A DNA stretch of 64,000 nucleotides, taken from an uncultured bacterium (GTDB lineage: Bacteria > Krumholzibacteriota > Krumholzibacteriia > Krumholzibacteriales > Krumholzibacteriaceae). Below the pieces are notes generated by a model, which worked only from the letters and a program-made list of their open reading frames with translations, did not search any database and was not told the origin of the DNA. The stretch lies in contig CAWFAD010000012.1 in NCBI GenBank assembly GCA_963813815.1, forward strand, positions 160,001 to 224,000, given 5' to 3'. A program made the position numbers and the translations under genes. Position 1 is the first letter of the stretch. Every line of letters begins with the position of its first letter. Shown one piece after another: positions 11,001 through 21,821 of the stretch.

Positions 11001-11015
11001 GCAAGGTGTGTGCCA
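11001..11015 (-). promoter_or_regulatory. Sigma54 (-24/-12) promoter of the giant adhesin gene
   Basis: Minus strand TGGCAC-acacc-TTGC, an exact match to TGGCAC-N5-TTGC, 50 bp upstream of the ATG. Confidence 0.8.
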
Positions 11016-11416
11016 ACACCCCGTTAACTGCTGAAACGCCGGGAAAAGGGCCCGGGCTTTCAGGGAAGACGGCTCGCCGCGAGAATCTCCGAATGCCACT
11101 GAGCATCGTAACTGATTCCGGGACAAGCAGTTAACACCATTCCTTGGAGCTGGTTCGAAGCGGCGTAATCCCTCTTCGCCGCGGACTTCACCGGATGAAC
11201 GATCCGCGGCGTCCGCTATCACGGCCCGGCATCGCCACACGCTGAAAATAGCAAACTCCCGGGCAAATCGCAACACCGCCGCCATTCTTAACTTTTTGAA
11301 ATATCGATTATTATGCGGCTCCGCGCAGCCGCCGGAGCGCTCCGGCGGAGGCCGCCGGCCGTGCAGCCGACCGAATGAATTCCGCCGCGGAGAGCGGAGC
11401 TCGAAGGCCCGCTCGA

Positions 11417-11809
11417 TCACGGTCCGACCACGACCACGGAATTGTACCCCCCGAAGCCGTCCTTTTCGCGCTCGGGGTTGCCCGGGTCAGGAAGCCATCT
11501 CTCTCCGTCGACAACGTACTTGTATTCGTACCGGCCGGGCCCGAGCGGAAGCACGACCGTCCACAGCCCGGTCCCTTCTCGATCGAAGAGCGGATCCGCG
11601 CCGGGCGACCATCCGTTGAAATCGCCCGCGATCGCCACCCTCTGAACCTTGGGCAAATAGAGGCTGAAGCGCGTCCCCCCCTCGACGGGCTCCGGTCCGG
11701 CGGCGCCGCCGCCTTGGCCGATGCCGGGATATCCCGTGCCGCACGCGGGCAGAAGCGCCGCGGCGATCACGACGAGAGCAAGAGCCAGTTTCTTCGGCGT
11801 TCGTTTCAT
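11417..11809 (-). CDS. Lipoprotein with CBM48/AMPK-beta-type glycogen-binding domain
   Basis: Lipobox LLPAC; VAIAGDFNGWS..GLWTVVLPLGPGRYEYKYVVDGERWLPDPGNP..DGFGGYNS. Confidence 0.85.
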   Translation of the reverse strand: MKRTPKKLALALVVIAAALLPACGTGYPGIGQGGGAAGPEPVEGGTRFSLYLPKVQRVAIAGDFNGWSPGADPLFDREGTGLWTVVLPLGPGRYEYKYVVDGERWLPDPGNPEREKDGFGGYNSVVVVGP

Positions 11810-11812
11810 GAT

Positions 11813-12220
11813 TCACGGCACGATGAGCAGGTTCGCCTTTCCTCCTCTCCCGTCATCCACGATCCGCGGGTTATCCGGATCGAAAAGCCATTCCGACTCG
11901 TTCAGGAGAAATCGATAGCGATAGCGGCCCGGCTCGAGGCGCACCGTGATCTCCCAGACCCCGTCCTCCTCCGCGTTCTTCATGAGACCGACGAGAACCT
12001 CTCCCCCTTCCGCGTCGCCGCGCGCCCAGTTGTTGCCCGCCCAGTCTCCCGCGATCTGGACGGTTCGGGCCGAGGGGCTCTTCACGCGGAAGGTGATCTC
12101 GTCCCCCGATATCACGGGCGAGGCGACGCGGCGTTCGAGCAGGCCTCCGCATGAGCCCGCCGCGCCGATCAAGGCCAGGAGGGCGCCGATCGCCAACCCA
12201 ATCGACGTTCCGATGCGCAT
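11813..12220 (-). CDS. Probable lipoprotein with CBM48-like domain
   Basis: Hydrophobic N-terminus ending AGSC; VQIAGDW..NNW..GVWEITVRLEPGRYRYRFLLNESEWLFDPDNP. Confidence 0.8.
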   Translation of the reverse strand: MRIGTSIGLAIGALLALIGAAGSCGGLLERRVASPVISGDEITFRVKSPSARTVQIAGDWAGNNWARGDAEGGEVLVGLMKNAEEDGVWEITVRLEPGRYRYRFLLNESEWLFDPDNPRIVDDGRGGKANLLIVP

Positions 12221-12243
12221 GAGCCGATTATACTCCGGCGTCG

Positions 12244-14184
12244 TCAGAATGTAAAACCCGCTTGCAGGGTCACGAGCCAGTCGTCCGCGAGCGCCTCCTC
12301 GGCGTCGAGCAACCTTCTCACGGCCGCCTGCTCCCCCAGCGCGGCGAGGACGCCGAACGGGTTACGCTCCTCGAGGTAACGCTCGCGCCCCCATGCGGCA
12401 TAATCCCACAGCCATCGATCGAACGCATAGGGGGCGACGCCGCACCCGACGAGGCACCAGCAGGAGGAGGCGATCTTCGCGTGCAGCCCGAGAAACGCAG
12501 CGACAAAATCGCCCCGAGTCTCGCCGTAGCCATAGGATACCCCGCGCATGTCCAGAATGAGCGCGGCGCGCGGGTGAACGAACGTTCCATTCGACAAACG
12601 GACCTCGACCGTGCGCGGGGAATACACCCCCGCGCCCGAGCGGTGTCTGACATCCACGGCCGTGCCGGATCCCCAGGAAAGACCGTCGAACGGCTCCCGT
12701 CTCCAGGCGAGCGACATATGGATCTCGCGCAGCTCGCGCGAGGAGAGGAACGGCAGCCGGTCGAGCGTGACGCCGTCGCCGTCGAGCCAGAAATTCTCCG
12801 CCGACAGCCACCAGCGGTTCCCGGCGCCCGAGGCGCCGTAGATCTCGATCTCGCCCGCGAGCGTCGCCTCGAACGCTCCCCCTTCGTACGAGATCTCGCC
12901 GCCGACATTCTCCCTGGTATGCTCCGGGGCGACGGCGGCGAGCTCCTCTATCACGTCGCGCGCGAACGTCGCGCGCGCGTCCACGCGAGCGCCGTCGCGA
13001 GAGACTCCGACGATGAATCGATATCCTCTCTCCCACTCGCGCTCGATGGACGACGGCGCGAACGTATCGGCGACGGAGGTCAAAGCTGCGGCGGCGATCC
13101 GATCGCTCCCTCCGAGCATGAACGCCCCCTCCAATCGCCAACCCTCCTCTCCTGGAATCTCGATGCGCCCACCCCACATTTCCACCCTTTCGTACCCTCG
13201 GCACATCGTTCCGGCGCTCTCCGGGTCCGGCCACGCCCCCGCCATCGTCCTTCGGTCGAGACGGTACAGGGCCTGGAGCCGGGCCGAACCGGCCTTCGCC
13301 TCCACCCGCGCGCCGAACGCGTCGGCGTCGAGCATTTCTCTTTTCGCCGACGAATCCCCCGCCGACGCCATTCCCTCGAGCCCGCAGCCGCATCCACCGA
13401 GGCGGTTCGCATAGACGATCCGGGCATCGAGACCCCCGACGAGCCTGCCCGTGAATCCGGCGCCGCGGCTCATGAGCCCGGCAGGGTAATCGTACGGTCC
13501 GATCCGGCCGAAGAGCGGAAGAGCCTCTCCGTCCTCGGCGAGCGCGGAGGCGGACCTATTGAAAAGGTGAATCGTGCGGCCGCCGAAATCGTACGCAGCG
13601 GATCCTCTCGCGAGGAACGAAGCGCCATCGAGGGCTTGCTCATCCCCCGCGCGAGCGTCGAACCCGACGGTGCAATCCATGCTCGCCCGCTCGTCGAACG
13701 AGCCGGCGACGCGGACGGAACCGCCGAGCGTCGCCTCTTCCGGCCGGGCGGCGAGGCGGATCTCCCCGCCGATCCCGATACGCTCGCGCTCACGGGTTCG
13801 CTCGGAGCGGGAGTCGGCGCTGAGCAGGAGCTCGAGACCTCCCGGCGACTCGAGAATCGTAAAGCACGAGTTGCCGTCGGCATCCGCGCAGGGATTATCC
13901 GGATCCGCCGTCGAGACGCCGTCCGCGACGAAGCGGTATCGGTAGGAACCCGGAACGAGATAGAGCCGGATTTCGAAAACGCTGTCGAGGACCGCCATGA
14001 GATCGACCGTCGGGTTCCATCCGTTGAAATCGCCGACGAGGTAGACCCTCGCGGCGCCCTCCGCCCGCAGACGGAACACGACCTCCTCCTCGTCGACCGA
14101 TACGGAAGCGCCGGCCGGCCCCGCCGAGAGGAGGACGATGAGGACGGCCGCGGCTATCGTGCGAAGGGGGTTCACGGCGTTCAC
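12244..14184 (-). CDS. Secreted protein: N-terminal CBM48 fused to probable outer-membrane beta-barrel
   Basis: Signal peptide; VYLVGDFNGWNP..LVPGSYRYRFVADG..DPDNP; amphipathic strands; C-terminal LQAGFTF (BAM-type terminal Phe). Confidence 0.7.
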   Translation of the reverse strand: MNAVNPLRTIAAAVLIVLLSAGPAGASVSVDEEEVVFRLRAEGAARVYLVGDFNGWNPTVDLMAVLDSVFEIRLYLVPGSYRYRFVADGVSTADPDNPCADADGNSCFTILESPGGLELLLSADSRSERTRERERIGIGGEIRLAARPEEATLGGSVRVAGSFDERASMDCTVGFDARAGDEQALDGASFLARGSAAYDFGGRTIHLFNRSASALAEDGEALPLFGRIGPYDYPAGLMSRGAGFTGRLVGGLDARIVYANRLGGCGCGLEGMASAGDSSAKREMLDADAFGARVEAKAGSARLQALYRLDRRTMAGAWPDPESAGTMCRGYERVEMWGGRIEIPGEEGWRLEGAFMLGGSDRIAAAALTSVADTFAPSSIEREWERGYRFIVGVSRDGARVDARATFARDVIEELAAVAPEHTRENVGGEISYEGGAFEATLAGEIEIYGASGAGNRWWLSAENFWLDGDGVTLDRLPFLSSRELREIHMSLAWRREPFDGLSWGSGTAVDVRHRSGAGVYSPRTVEVRLSNGTFVHPRAALILDMRGVSYGYGETRGDFVAAFLGLHAKIASSCWCLVGCGVAPYAFDRWLWDYAAWGRERYLEERNPFGVLAALGEQAAVRRLLDAEEALADDWLVTLQAGFTF

Positions 14185-15704
14185 ATGCCTCCGAGGGAAT
14201 AGCGTCCCGAGATGACGAGCGATCTCTCTTCCGGCGGGGCGAGCGGCTCATCCCCGAACCGGATAGCGGCCTCCTCGAAGCCCGGCGCGAACGATCCCGC
14301 GGCGACGGTCAGAAGAAATCGTTCGTGCGGCCTCAGATCCAAGCCGACGCTGTACCGGGTCGTGCCGCCTCCGAAGAGGTAGAGCGCGCCTCCCGCGGTG
14401 AGGGTTCCCGTGAGCCTCATCGAGCTTCGGGCGAGGAACGCAACCTCGTTCCCGTCTCCCGCGTCGTCGATCCGCGTCACGAGACTCGTTCGCGCCAGTC
14501 TCGCGTCGCTCGCGATCGAAACGACGAACGACGATCGCTTCCCGTCGGCGGCGAGGATCCTGCCCGAGAGCTCGAGACCGCCCCGGCAGCGCGCCCGCGC
14601 CTCGGCGGCGAGGCGCCGGCCTTCGCCCGTGTCCCGGCGGCCGTTCGACGCGTCTATCGAGAGAAGGGCGTCCCTCTTCAGCGGCCGCCACCACGCGAGC
14701 ACGCTCGCCTCGTCGGTCCCCGGCGCGAGCTCTCCCTGGGGATTCGCGAAGGAGGCGCCGACGAAGCGATAGGCGGGGACGAATCCGGCCGAGCCGAAGC
14801 GCCCCGCTCGAAACGAAAACCCCTCGATCCCGGCGGAGAACGCGTCGTTCTCCGAAAAAACGGCCGACGGGGCGCCGGGCTCGAAGCGCTCGAAATCGAG
14901 ATCGAAAAACGAATCGTCCCGGAGATCGTCCCATCTGCCGCGCCGCGAGCGCGCGAGCTCGGCGACGAGAGCGATTCCGCGCGCCGCGGCTCCGATATCG
15001 ACGCCAACCGTCACGGCGTCCCCGGCGGCGATCGACCGGACCTCGGAGAGAAGGGCCCCAGCCCGGATGCGCCCTCCCCCCGCCGCTTCGATTCGCAGCA
15101 GGCGGAACACGTCGACGCCGCCATGAAAGAGCGGAAGCCCCCCCACCGTCTCCGCCGCCTCCCGATCTCTCGCGGCGCTCTCGATATATTCGATACGCAC
15201 CCGCGGGATCACGCGCGCGACGATCCTCGCGCCCTCCGCCCTCCCCTCGAGCAGCGCCGACTCATCCGAAACGATCTCCATGAGCCGGTGGTTCGTGCGG
15301 AATTGCCGCTCCCGCAGAAACAATCGTCCCTCGATCGCACCCCCGGGCAGAGCGAACGCGGCGTGCCCCTGATCGAGCATGAAGCGATTCTCGAAACCCC
15401 ATCCCGCGAGACGGCGGCCCGAGGCGCCCTTGAGAAACACCGACACGCCTCCCCGGGGGCGCAGCTCGCCCATTGCCGCGAGCCGGTCGGCGAGATGCGA
15501 GGCGGATTCCTCTTCGTTCCACGGGAAGGCGGCTGATGACCGGACGACGTCGAGCCGCGCCGAGTAGACGGCGCCCCAGACGAAGCGCGGCAGAGAATCC
15601 GCGGCGGCCTCGGCGCATCGAGCCGCGGCCGGGAGGCCGCAGAGCGCGAGGCAGGCCGCGACGAGACCGGCCGTCCAGGCGATCCCTCGAGTCCGCATCC
15701 TCAT
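14181..15704 (-). CDS. Hypothetical secreted, probable outer-membrane beta-barrel protein (507 aa)
   Basis: Start MRMRTRGIAW overlaps the upstream stop (ATGA); signal peptide; alternating hydrophobic strands ending LVISGRYSL. Confidence 0.6.
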   Translation of the reverse strand: MRMRTRGIAWTAGLVAACLALCGLPAAARCAEAAADSLPRFVWGAVYSARLDVVRSSAAFPWNEEESASHLADRLAAMGELRPRGGVSVFLKGASGRRLAGWGFENRFMLDQGHAAFALPGGAIEGRLFLRERQFRTNHRLMEIVSDESALLEGRAEGARIVARVIPRVRIEYIESAARDREAAETVGGLPLFHGGVDVFRLLRIEAAGGGRIRAGALLSEVRSIAAGDAVTVGVDIGAAARGIALVAELARSRRGRWDDLRDDSFFDLDFERFEPGAPSAVFSENDAFSAGIEGFSFRAGRFGSAGFVPAYRFVGASFANPQGELAPGTDEASVLAWWRPLKRDALLSIDASNGRRDTGEGRRLAAEARARCRGGLELSGRILAADGKRSSFVVSIASDARLARTSLVTRIDDAGDGNEVAFLARSSMRLTGTLTAGGALYLFGGGTTRYSVGLDLRPHERFLLTVAAGSFAPGFEEAAIRFGDEPLAPPEERSLVISGRYSLGGM

Positions 15705-16630
15705 CGCCAATCTCTCTCCCGCGCCGCGAAGATCACTCCCTCGCAGAAAAGGCTCCACGTGACGCCGTCCGCCCCCTCGTTCGCGAACGAGACACCCGCC
15801 CGCAGCCGGGATCCGGTCCAGCGAAGCCCGCCCGTCGCGTCGCCGTCCGAGAGGCCGAAGATGAGCTCGACCGGCAGAGCCGCGCGGGCGCTCACTCCGA
15901 AATGCCCCTTCGTCTCGCCGCCCACAGCGCTCCGCGCGATCGAAAGCACGATCGTGTTTTCCCAGAAATAGGAGACGCCCCAACGAGCCGTCCTCCCCCA
16001 GCGGAGGGGACCGGCGTCGTCGGCGCCGCGATCGAACAGGTTGCCCGCGGCGTACCCGAACGAGATGGCGGGAAGCGGGCGGACGACGATTCCGAGATCG
16101 GCGCTCGCCGGCGACCACTCGCCGCCGTCCTCGAGCGGCGATGCGGCTCCGCCGGTCCTTCCGGCGACGGCGGCGGCCCCGATCGCGATGTACGATCCCT
16201 GCGTGCCGGCGAGGAGGGTGCGCGCGGCGCCCGCCGCTATGAAATCCTCGCTCGAGAGCGGCCCAGCGAGCCGGTACCAACCGAGGCCGCAGATCGCGGG
16301 CCCGGCGTTTCCGGCTATCGCGAGGCGCGTTTCGCGCGCGTGCGCCTTCGCGGAAGGCTCGGCGTAATCGGCATACGACTCGAGCCCCCCGATCGAAACG
16401 AGACCGGCGGGATTCACGAAGAGCGCGCCGGCGCCCCCCGCGCACGCGACGGTGGCCCCGCCGGCGGCCGTCGAGAGCGCCGCGAGGGCCGCCCGGTCGA
16501 AGCGGGCGAGCGCCGGAGCGGCGTTCGCGAGCGGAATCGACGCGATCGCGCAGAGGAAAATCGCGCCGGAGAGAGGGCGCGATCCGCCGATCCGGCGCCC
16601 GCCCCGGTTTCCGTCAATCATCCGCCTCAT
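15701..16630 (-). CDS. PorV/PorQ-like outer-membrane barrel protein (divergent)
   Basis: Signal peptide then GAGALFVNPAGL (FadL/PorV-type NPAG motif); beta-strand pattern. Confidence 0.55.
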   Translation of the reverse strand: MRRMIDGNRGGRRIGGSRPLSGAIFLCAIASIPLANAAPALARFDRAALAALSTAAGGATVACAGGAGALFVNPAGLVSIGGLESYADYAEPSAKAHARETRLAIAGNAGPAICGLGWYRLAGPLSSEDFIAAGAARTLLAGTQGSYIAIGAAAVAGRTGGAASPLEDGGEWSPASADLGIVVRPLPAISFGYAAGNLFDRGADDAGPLRWGRTARWGVSYFWENTIVLSIARSAVGGETKGHFGVSARAALPVELIFGLSDGDATGGLRWTGSRLRAGVSFANEGADGVTWSLFCEGVIFAARERDWR

Positions 16631-17101
16631 CGATTCGCTTGAGCCCCTCGAGAATGAGGTAATCGAGCTTGACGTCGAGGAGAATGTCCTCGTCCTGCGG
16701 AGCGCAATCCTTCATAAAGAGAAACGATCCCTGCTTCCACGCGAGCACCTCGTACACGACCTCTTTCATGAGCTCGTGAATGGCGGACACGAGCGTGTCG
16801 TGATCGATGAGCTTGCGCGCTATGAGGGTGTTTCCGATGCGTCCGGAATGCTTGGCGTCGGCGTGCTCGCGGAGCACGGCGTTGAGATCCTTGCGTTCGA
16901 TCCAGCCCTTCTCGATCAGGAATTCGCCGAGCTTTTCTTCCGCGAATCGATCGTCGCGCAGATGAGCTCCCCCTTCTTGAAGTAGAAGCTCGCGACGTTC
17001 TCGGGAGTCACGAACTTGAGCTCGCCCGTGATCCGCGCCATATTGGCGATCTGGATGACGAACGCCGGATCCAGTAGCGCTAGGTCCCCGCCGAAATCCA
17101 T
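16614..17101 (-). CDS. DUF4388 (PatA-N-like) domain protein, split by one frameshift at ~16935
   Basis: MDFGGDL..IQIANMARITGEL..FYFKKGELICA joins KLGEFLIEKG..RIGNTL..VLAWKQGSFLF..LILEGLKRIDE if one A is added in AAGAAAAG; likely homopolymer error. Confidence 0.75.
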
Positions 17102-17200
17102 GGCTCCCCCTTCCTGTCCGGAGCGGAGCGCGGCCGTCGAGCCGGGAAACTCGGGCGAGGCCGCGCTCCGCCGCGGTTTCGCACGTTTCGCTTCACCGCG

Positions 17201-19898
17201 TCAAGCCTTCAGCGCGGCCTGGGCGGCCGCGAGAATCGCGACGGGCACGCGGTACGGCGAGCAGCTCACGTAGTCGAGGCCGACGCGGTGGCAGAACGCT
17301 ACCGACGAGGCTCGCCTCCGTGCTCGCCGCAGATCCCCATCTTGAGGCGGGGATTGACGGAACGGCCCTTTTCGACGCCGATCGTGACGAGGTCGCCGAC
17401 GCCGTCCTCGTCGAGCACCTCGAACGGATCGGCCGGCCAGATCCCGTGCTCGAGGTAGCCGTGAGAAAGCTGCCCGTGTCGTCGCGGCAGATGCCGAGCG
17501 CCGTCTGCGTGAGATCGTTCGTGCCGAACGAGCAGAAGTCGGCGACCTCGGCGATCTCATCGGCGCGAATGCAGGCCGCGCGGGGGAGCTCGATCATCGT
17601 GCCGCACAGGTACGCGACGGAGGGCTCCTCGGCGGCGACGCGCTCGGTCAGCTCGCGCAGCCGCGCGAGCTCCTCGCGGAAGCCGACGAGCGGATGCATG
17701 ATCTCGACGAGCGGCGCCTCCCCCGCCCGAGCCTCCACGGCTGCCGCTGCGCGCACGATCGCCCGCACCTGCATCTCGTAGATCTCGGGGAACTGGAGGC
17801 CGAGCCGGCAACCCCGGGTGCCCGAGCATCGGATTCGCCTCGTGGAGCTCGAAGATGCGGTGCCGCATCGCGTCGCTCGTTGCTTCTTCCGGCGAGGGCA
17901 AGAACTCGTGCAACGGCGGGTCGAGGAGGCGAATCGTGACGGGGAAGCCCGCCATCGCCTCGAAGATGCCCTCGAAGTCGGTCTGCTGCACCGGGAGGAG
18001 CTCGGTCGAGCGCCGCGCGCCGCTCGCTCTCGGTCGACGCCAGGATCATCTCCTGCACGATCGGGAGCCGATCGGGCGCCATGAACATGTGCTCGGTGCG
18101 GCAGAGGCCGATCCCCTCGCGCCGAACTCGACCGCCTTGGCGGCATCCTCGGGCGTGTCGGCGTTCGCGCGCACTCGGAGGCGGCTGAACTCGTCGGCCC
18201 AGCCCATGAGCTCGTCGAAATCCCGGTACAGCGCCGAGGCGTCCCCTCGAGGGTCTTGTCGATGATCACCTGGAGCACCTCGGACGGCTTCGTGTCGATC
18301 TTTCCGGCGATCACCTCGCCCGTCATGCCGTCGATCGAGATATGCTCCCCCTCGCCGATGACGCGGCCGCCGACCGTGATCGTGCGTTTCTTGTAATCGA
18401 TGGAAAGATCCTTCGCCCCGACGACGCACACCTTCCCCATCTGACGGGCGACGAGCGCCGCATGAGAGGTGGCGCCCCCCGTGGCGGTGAGAATGCCGGC
18501 CGCGGCGCTCATTCCCCGGATGTCCTCCGGGCTCGTTTCGACGCGCACGAGGATGACTCGCTCACCGCGCCCCGCCCACTCCTCGGCGTCCGCGGCGTTG
18601 AATACGACCTTGCCCGTCGCGGCTCCCGGGCCGGCGTTGATGCCCTTCGCGACGAGCCGTCCTTCCCGGCAGGCCCGATCCTTCCCCGCGGGGTCGAAGA
18701 CGGGCCGCAGAAACTGGTTGAGTTGCTCGGGCTGAATCCGGCGGATCGCCTCCTCCTTCGTGATGAGCCCCTCGCGCACCATGTCGATCGCGATCTTGAT
18801 GGCGGCGAATCCGGTGCGCTTCCCCGATCGCGTCTGGAGAATCCAGAGGCGGCCCTTCTGTATCGTGAACTCGAGGTCCTGCATGTCGGCGTAATGGAGC
18901 TCGAGGGCCCGGCGGACTTCCTCGAGGGCCTCGTAGATCGCGGGCATCTCATCCTCGAGAGAGACGAGGTCGCACTCCCCCTTCTGCCGGCGGTTGATCG
19001 GCTGCGGCGTTCGGATGCCGGCGACGACGTCCTCCCCCTGCGCCTTGATGAGGTACTCGCCGTAGAAAACGTTCTCGCCCGTCGCCGGGTTCCTCGTAAA
19101 GGCGACGCCGGTGCCCGAATCGTCTCCGAGATTGCCGAAGACCATCGCCTGCACGTTCACCGCCGTACCCCACGAGTCGGGTATGCCGTTGAGCCGCCGG
19201 TAGGTCTTGGCGCGATCGTTGTTCCACGAGTTGAACACGGCGCCGATCGCCTTCCAGAGCTGCTCCATGGGATCGGACGGAAACTCCATCCCGAGGGCCG
19301 AGCGAATCATGTCGCGGTAGCGCCGTATGAGATCGACGAGATCGGCGACGCTGAGCTCGACGTCTTTCTCGACGCCGGCCTCGCGCTTCTTCGCGGCGAG
19401 TATCTCCTCGAAGGGATCGTGGTCGTCCTTGTTCGCGGGCTTCAGCCCGAGCACGACGTCGCCGTACATCTGGATGAAGCGCCGGTAGCAGTCGTAGGCG
19501 AACCGCTCGTCCCCCGTGCTGGCGGCCAGCGCCTTGACCGTCTCGTCGTTGAGACCGAGGTTCAGCACCGTGTCCATCATGCCGGGCATGCTGGCGCGCG
19601 CGCCCGAGCGGATCGAGAGAAGCAGCGGATTGCTCTTCGCGCCGAATCGCGCATCCATCTCCTTCTCGACCTTCTTCAGGTTCTCCGCGATCTCGGTCTC
19701 GATCCCCGAAGGGTACGCGCCCCCGTTCAGGTAGAAATGCGTACAGACCTCGGTCGAGATCGTGAAGCCGGCCGGCACCGGGATGCCGAGGTTCGTCATC
19801 TCCGCGAGCCCCGCTCCCTTGCCCCCCAGAAGCTCCTTCATGGAGCGGTTCCCCTCGGCCTTGCCTCCGCCGAAGAAATACACGTGCTTGGCCTTCAC
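17201..19898 (-). CDS. ppdK: Pyruvate, phosphate dikinase; 3' third carries about six indels
   Basis: [89 protein letters not shown] start behind AGGAGG. Confidence 0.95.
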
Positions 19899-20066
19899 GG
19901 AAGACCTCCTATTCGATTTTTTATCAATGGGTTGCACCGATATCGAACGGGCGTTTTTCATGCTGTCAATGTATAGCGCAGCGGGAGAAAAACGGCAAGA
20001 TAATTATGCGCCGCCGACCCTCAGGGCCCCGCCGGCTCCTCGAGCGCTTCCCGCCCCGCGCGTGGG

Positions 20067-21821
20067 TCATTTTACGTGGATCACCTTGAGGCGGGAGCTG
20101 ATCTCGGCCGAAGAGGCGACCAGAAAATAGACGCCGCTCGCCACGCGTCGCCCCGCCTCGTTCGTCCCGTCCCACGAAACGCTCCACGCCTCGCAGGAGG
20201 GCCGCCCGCTCGCCAGCGTCCGCACGAGAGCGCCCCGGCAATCGTACACCCTGACCGTGACCGGCGCGAGCGCCGGCGATACGTACTGCGCGCGCGTCGA
20301 TCCGCTGAAGGGGTTGGGGAACGGGGCGCCCGTCGCGAGCGTGGCCGGCCAGCCGGCGGCGAGCGTCGCGCTCGGCAGGCCGTAGCCGTACGTGTTGTCC
20401 GGAAAACCGCTCCGGGAGGCGGTCGCGCGGAGGACCGATCGCATCTCCACCGGATCCCAGTCCGGATGCAATTCGAGAAGCTGCGCGCAGATCCCCGCGA
20501 CGAGCGGGGCCGCGAAGGACGTTCCGTTGTAGTAACCGAACCCGGTCGTATCGGGATAGGCGACGCTCCGGGCAGGGTATCCCATGGCGACGAAATCGGG
20601 CTTGATGCGCCCGTCCGCCGTCGGCCCGCGGGAGCTGAAGTACGCTATCTCTCCTCCGCAGTCGACGGCGCCCACGGCGATCACGCTGTCCCCGTCGGCC
20701 GGGGCGACGATCCCCCCGGTCCCGAGATTTCCGACCGAGTTCACGACGACGATTCCGTGGGAGACGGCGATATCCGCCGCCCGCGTGCAGAGAGGCGTCT
20801 CGCCGTCGAGATCGGACTGCGCGTACCAGTCCGAGTACCCGAGCGAGCTCGTGACGATATCCGCGCCCGCGCTGTCGGCCCACTCGATGCCGGCGATCCA
20901 GTTATCCTCCTCCCGCACGATCTCTTCATCGATGATCTCGGTTTTGGCGAGAAGGTAGCGCGCTCCCCAGGCGGGGCCGTAGAGATTGCCGTCGCTCCGC
21001 CCCGCGATGACGCCCAGAACGAGCGTGCCATGCCGGTCCTGGTAGAAGGGGTCGCCGGCCTCGTCCGACACATTGGAGTCGCCTTGAACGAAATCCCATC
21101 GCGCCTCGACGCCCACGCCTCCGAGCGCCTCGTGATCGAGACGAAATCCGGAATCGAGAATCGCGACGAGGACGGGACCTCCCCCTCCCGCGGCGCCGGA
21201 CGCGTTGACGCCGTCATCGAGGAGCTCAATGGCCCCGATCTGCTCGAGCTGGCATCGGCTGAGGCCGTAGGGGTCCTCGAGCGCCGGCGCGAGCTCGCCG
21301 GGTAGAACCGGCATGAGAGGCGGCTCGATGCCGGGGTCGCGCGGAACGCTTTCCGAAGCCACGCAATCGATGCGGACGACGAACGGTTCCGCCGCGAGGG
21401 CGGGAAGAGACGAGATCCGCACGTCCGCGCTCACGGCATTGAAGTACCGCGACGCGTGGCGGACACGCTCGACGTGCCCGCGGAGACGATCGACGCAGAG
21501 CGGATCGACGGGAAGGTCGCTTTCATCGCTCGGGGACGCGCCCCGAAGCGCGCGCCGGCCGGCGGCCCTCGACGACATCCGCGGCGCGGCCGAACCCGCC
21601 GGGGCGCCGGATCGATCGCCGAGAAATATCCAGAGGGCCAGTATCTCGTCGGGGGCCGCGGTTTCGAGCCGCGAAAACACGCGAGGCGTCGCGACCCGCG
21701 AGAGCGCCCCGCTGCGCTCCTGCGGCGCGCTCTCCGCGCGCGGGAAAGCGAACGGGAGGATCATTCCCGCGCCCGCGAGGAGGCGGATGAGCCCGTGGAA
21801 TCCCGTCGTGCGATTCTTCAT
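20067..21821 (-). CDS. Secreted S8 subtilisin-family serine protease with C-terminal FlgD-Ig/T9SS-like sorting domain
   Basis: Catalytic motifs ILDSGF, DRHGT, NGTSFAAP; C-terminal PFPNPF..VYDCRGALVRTL..WDGTNEAGRRVASGVYF; ATG overlaps upstream stop. Confidence 0.9.
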   Translation of the reverse strand: MKNRTTGFHGLIRLLAGAGMILPFAFPRAESAPQERSGALSRVATPRVFSRLETAAPDEILALWIFLGDRSGAPAGSAAPRMSSRAAGRRALRGASPSDESDLPVDPLCVDRLRGHVERVRHASRYFNAVSADVRISSLPALAAEPFVVRIDCVASESVPRDPGIEPPLMPVLPGELAPALEDPYGLSRCQLEQIGAIELLDDGVNASGAAGGGGPVLVAILDSGFRLDHEALGGVGVEARWDFVQGDSNVSDEAGDPFYQDRHGTLVLGVIAGRSDGNLYGPAWGARYLLAKTEIIDEEIVREEDNWIAGIEWADSAGADIVTSSLGYSDWYAQSDLDGETPLCTRAADIAVSHGIVVVNSVGNLGTGGIVAPADGDSVIAVGAVDCGGEIAYFSSRGPTADGRIKPDFVAMGYPARSVAYPDTTGFGYYNGTSFAAPLVAGICAQLLELHPDWDPVEMRSVLRATASRSGFPDNTYGYGLPSATLAAGWPATLATGAPFPNPFSGSTRAQYVSPALAPVTVRVYDCRGALVRTLASGRPSCEAWSVSWDGTNEAGRRVASGVYFLVASSAEISSRLKVIHVK

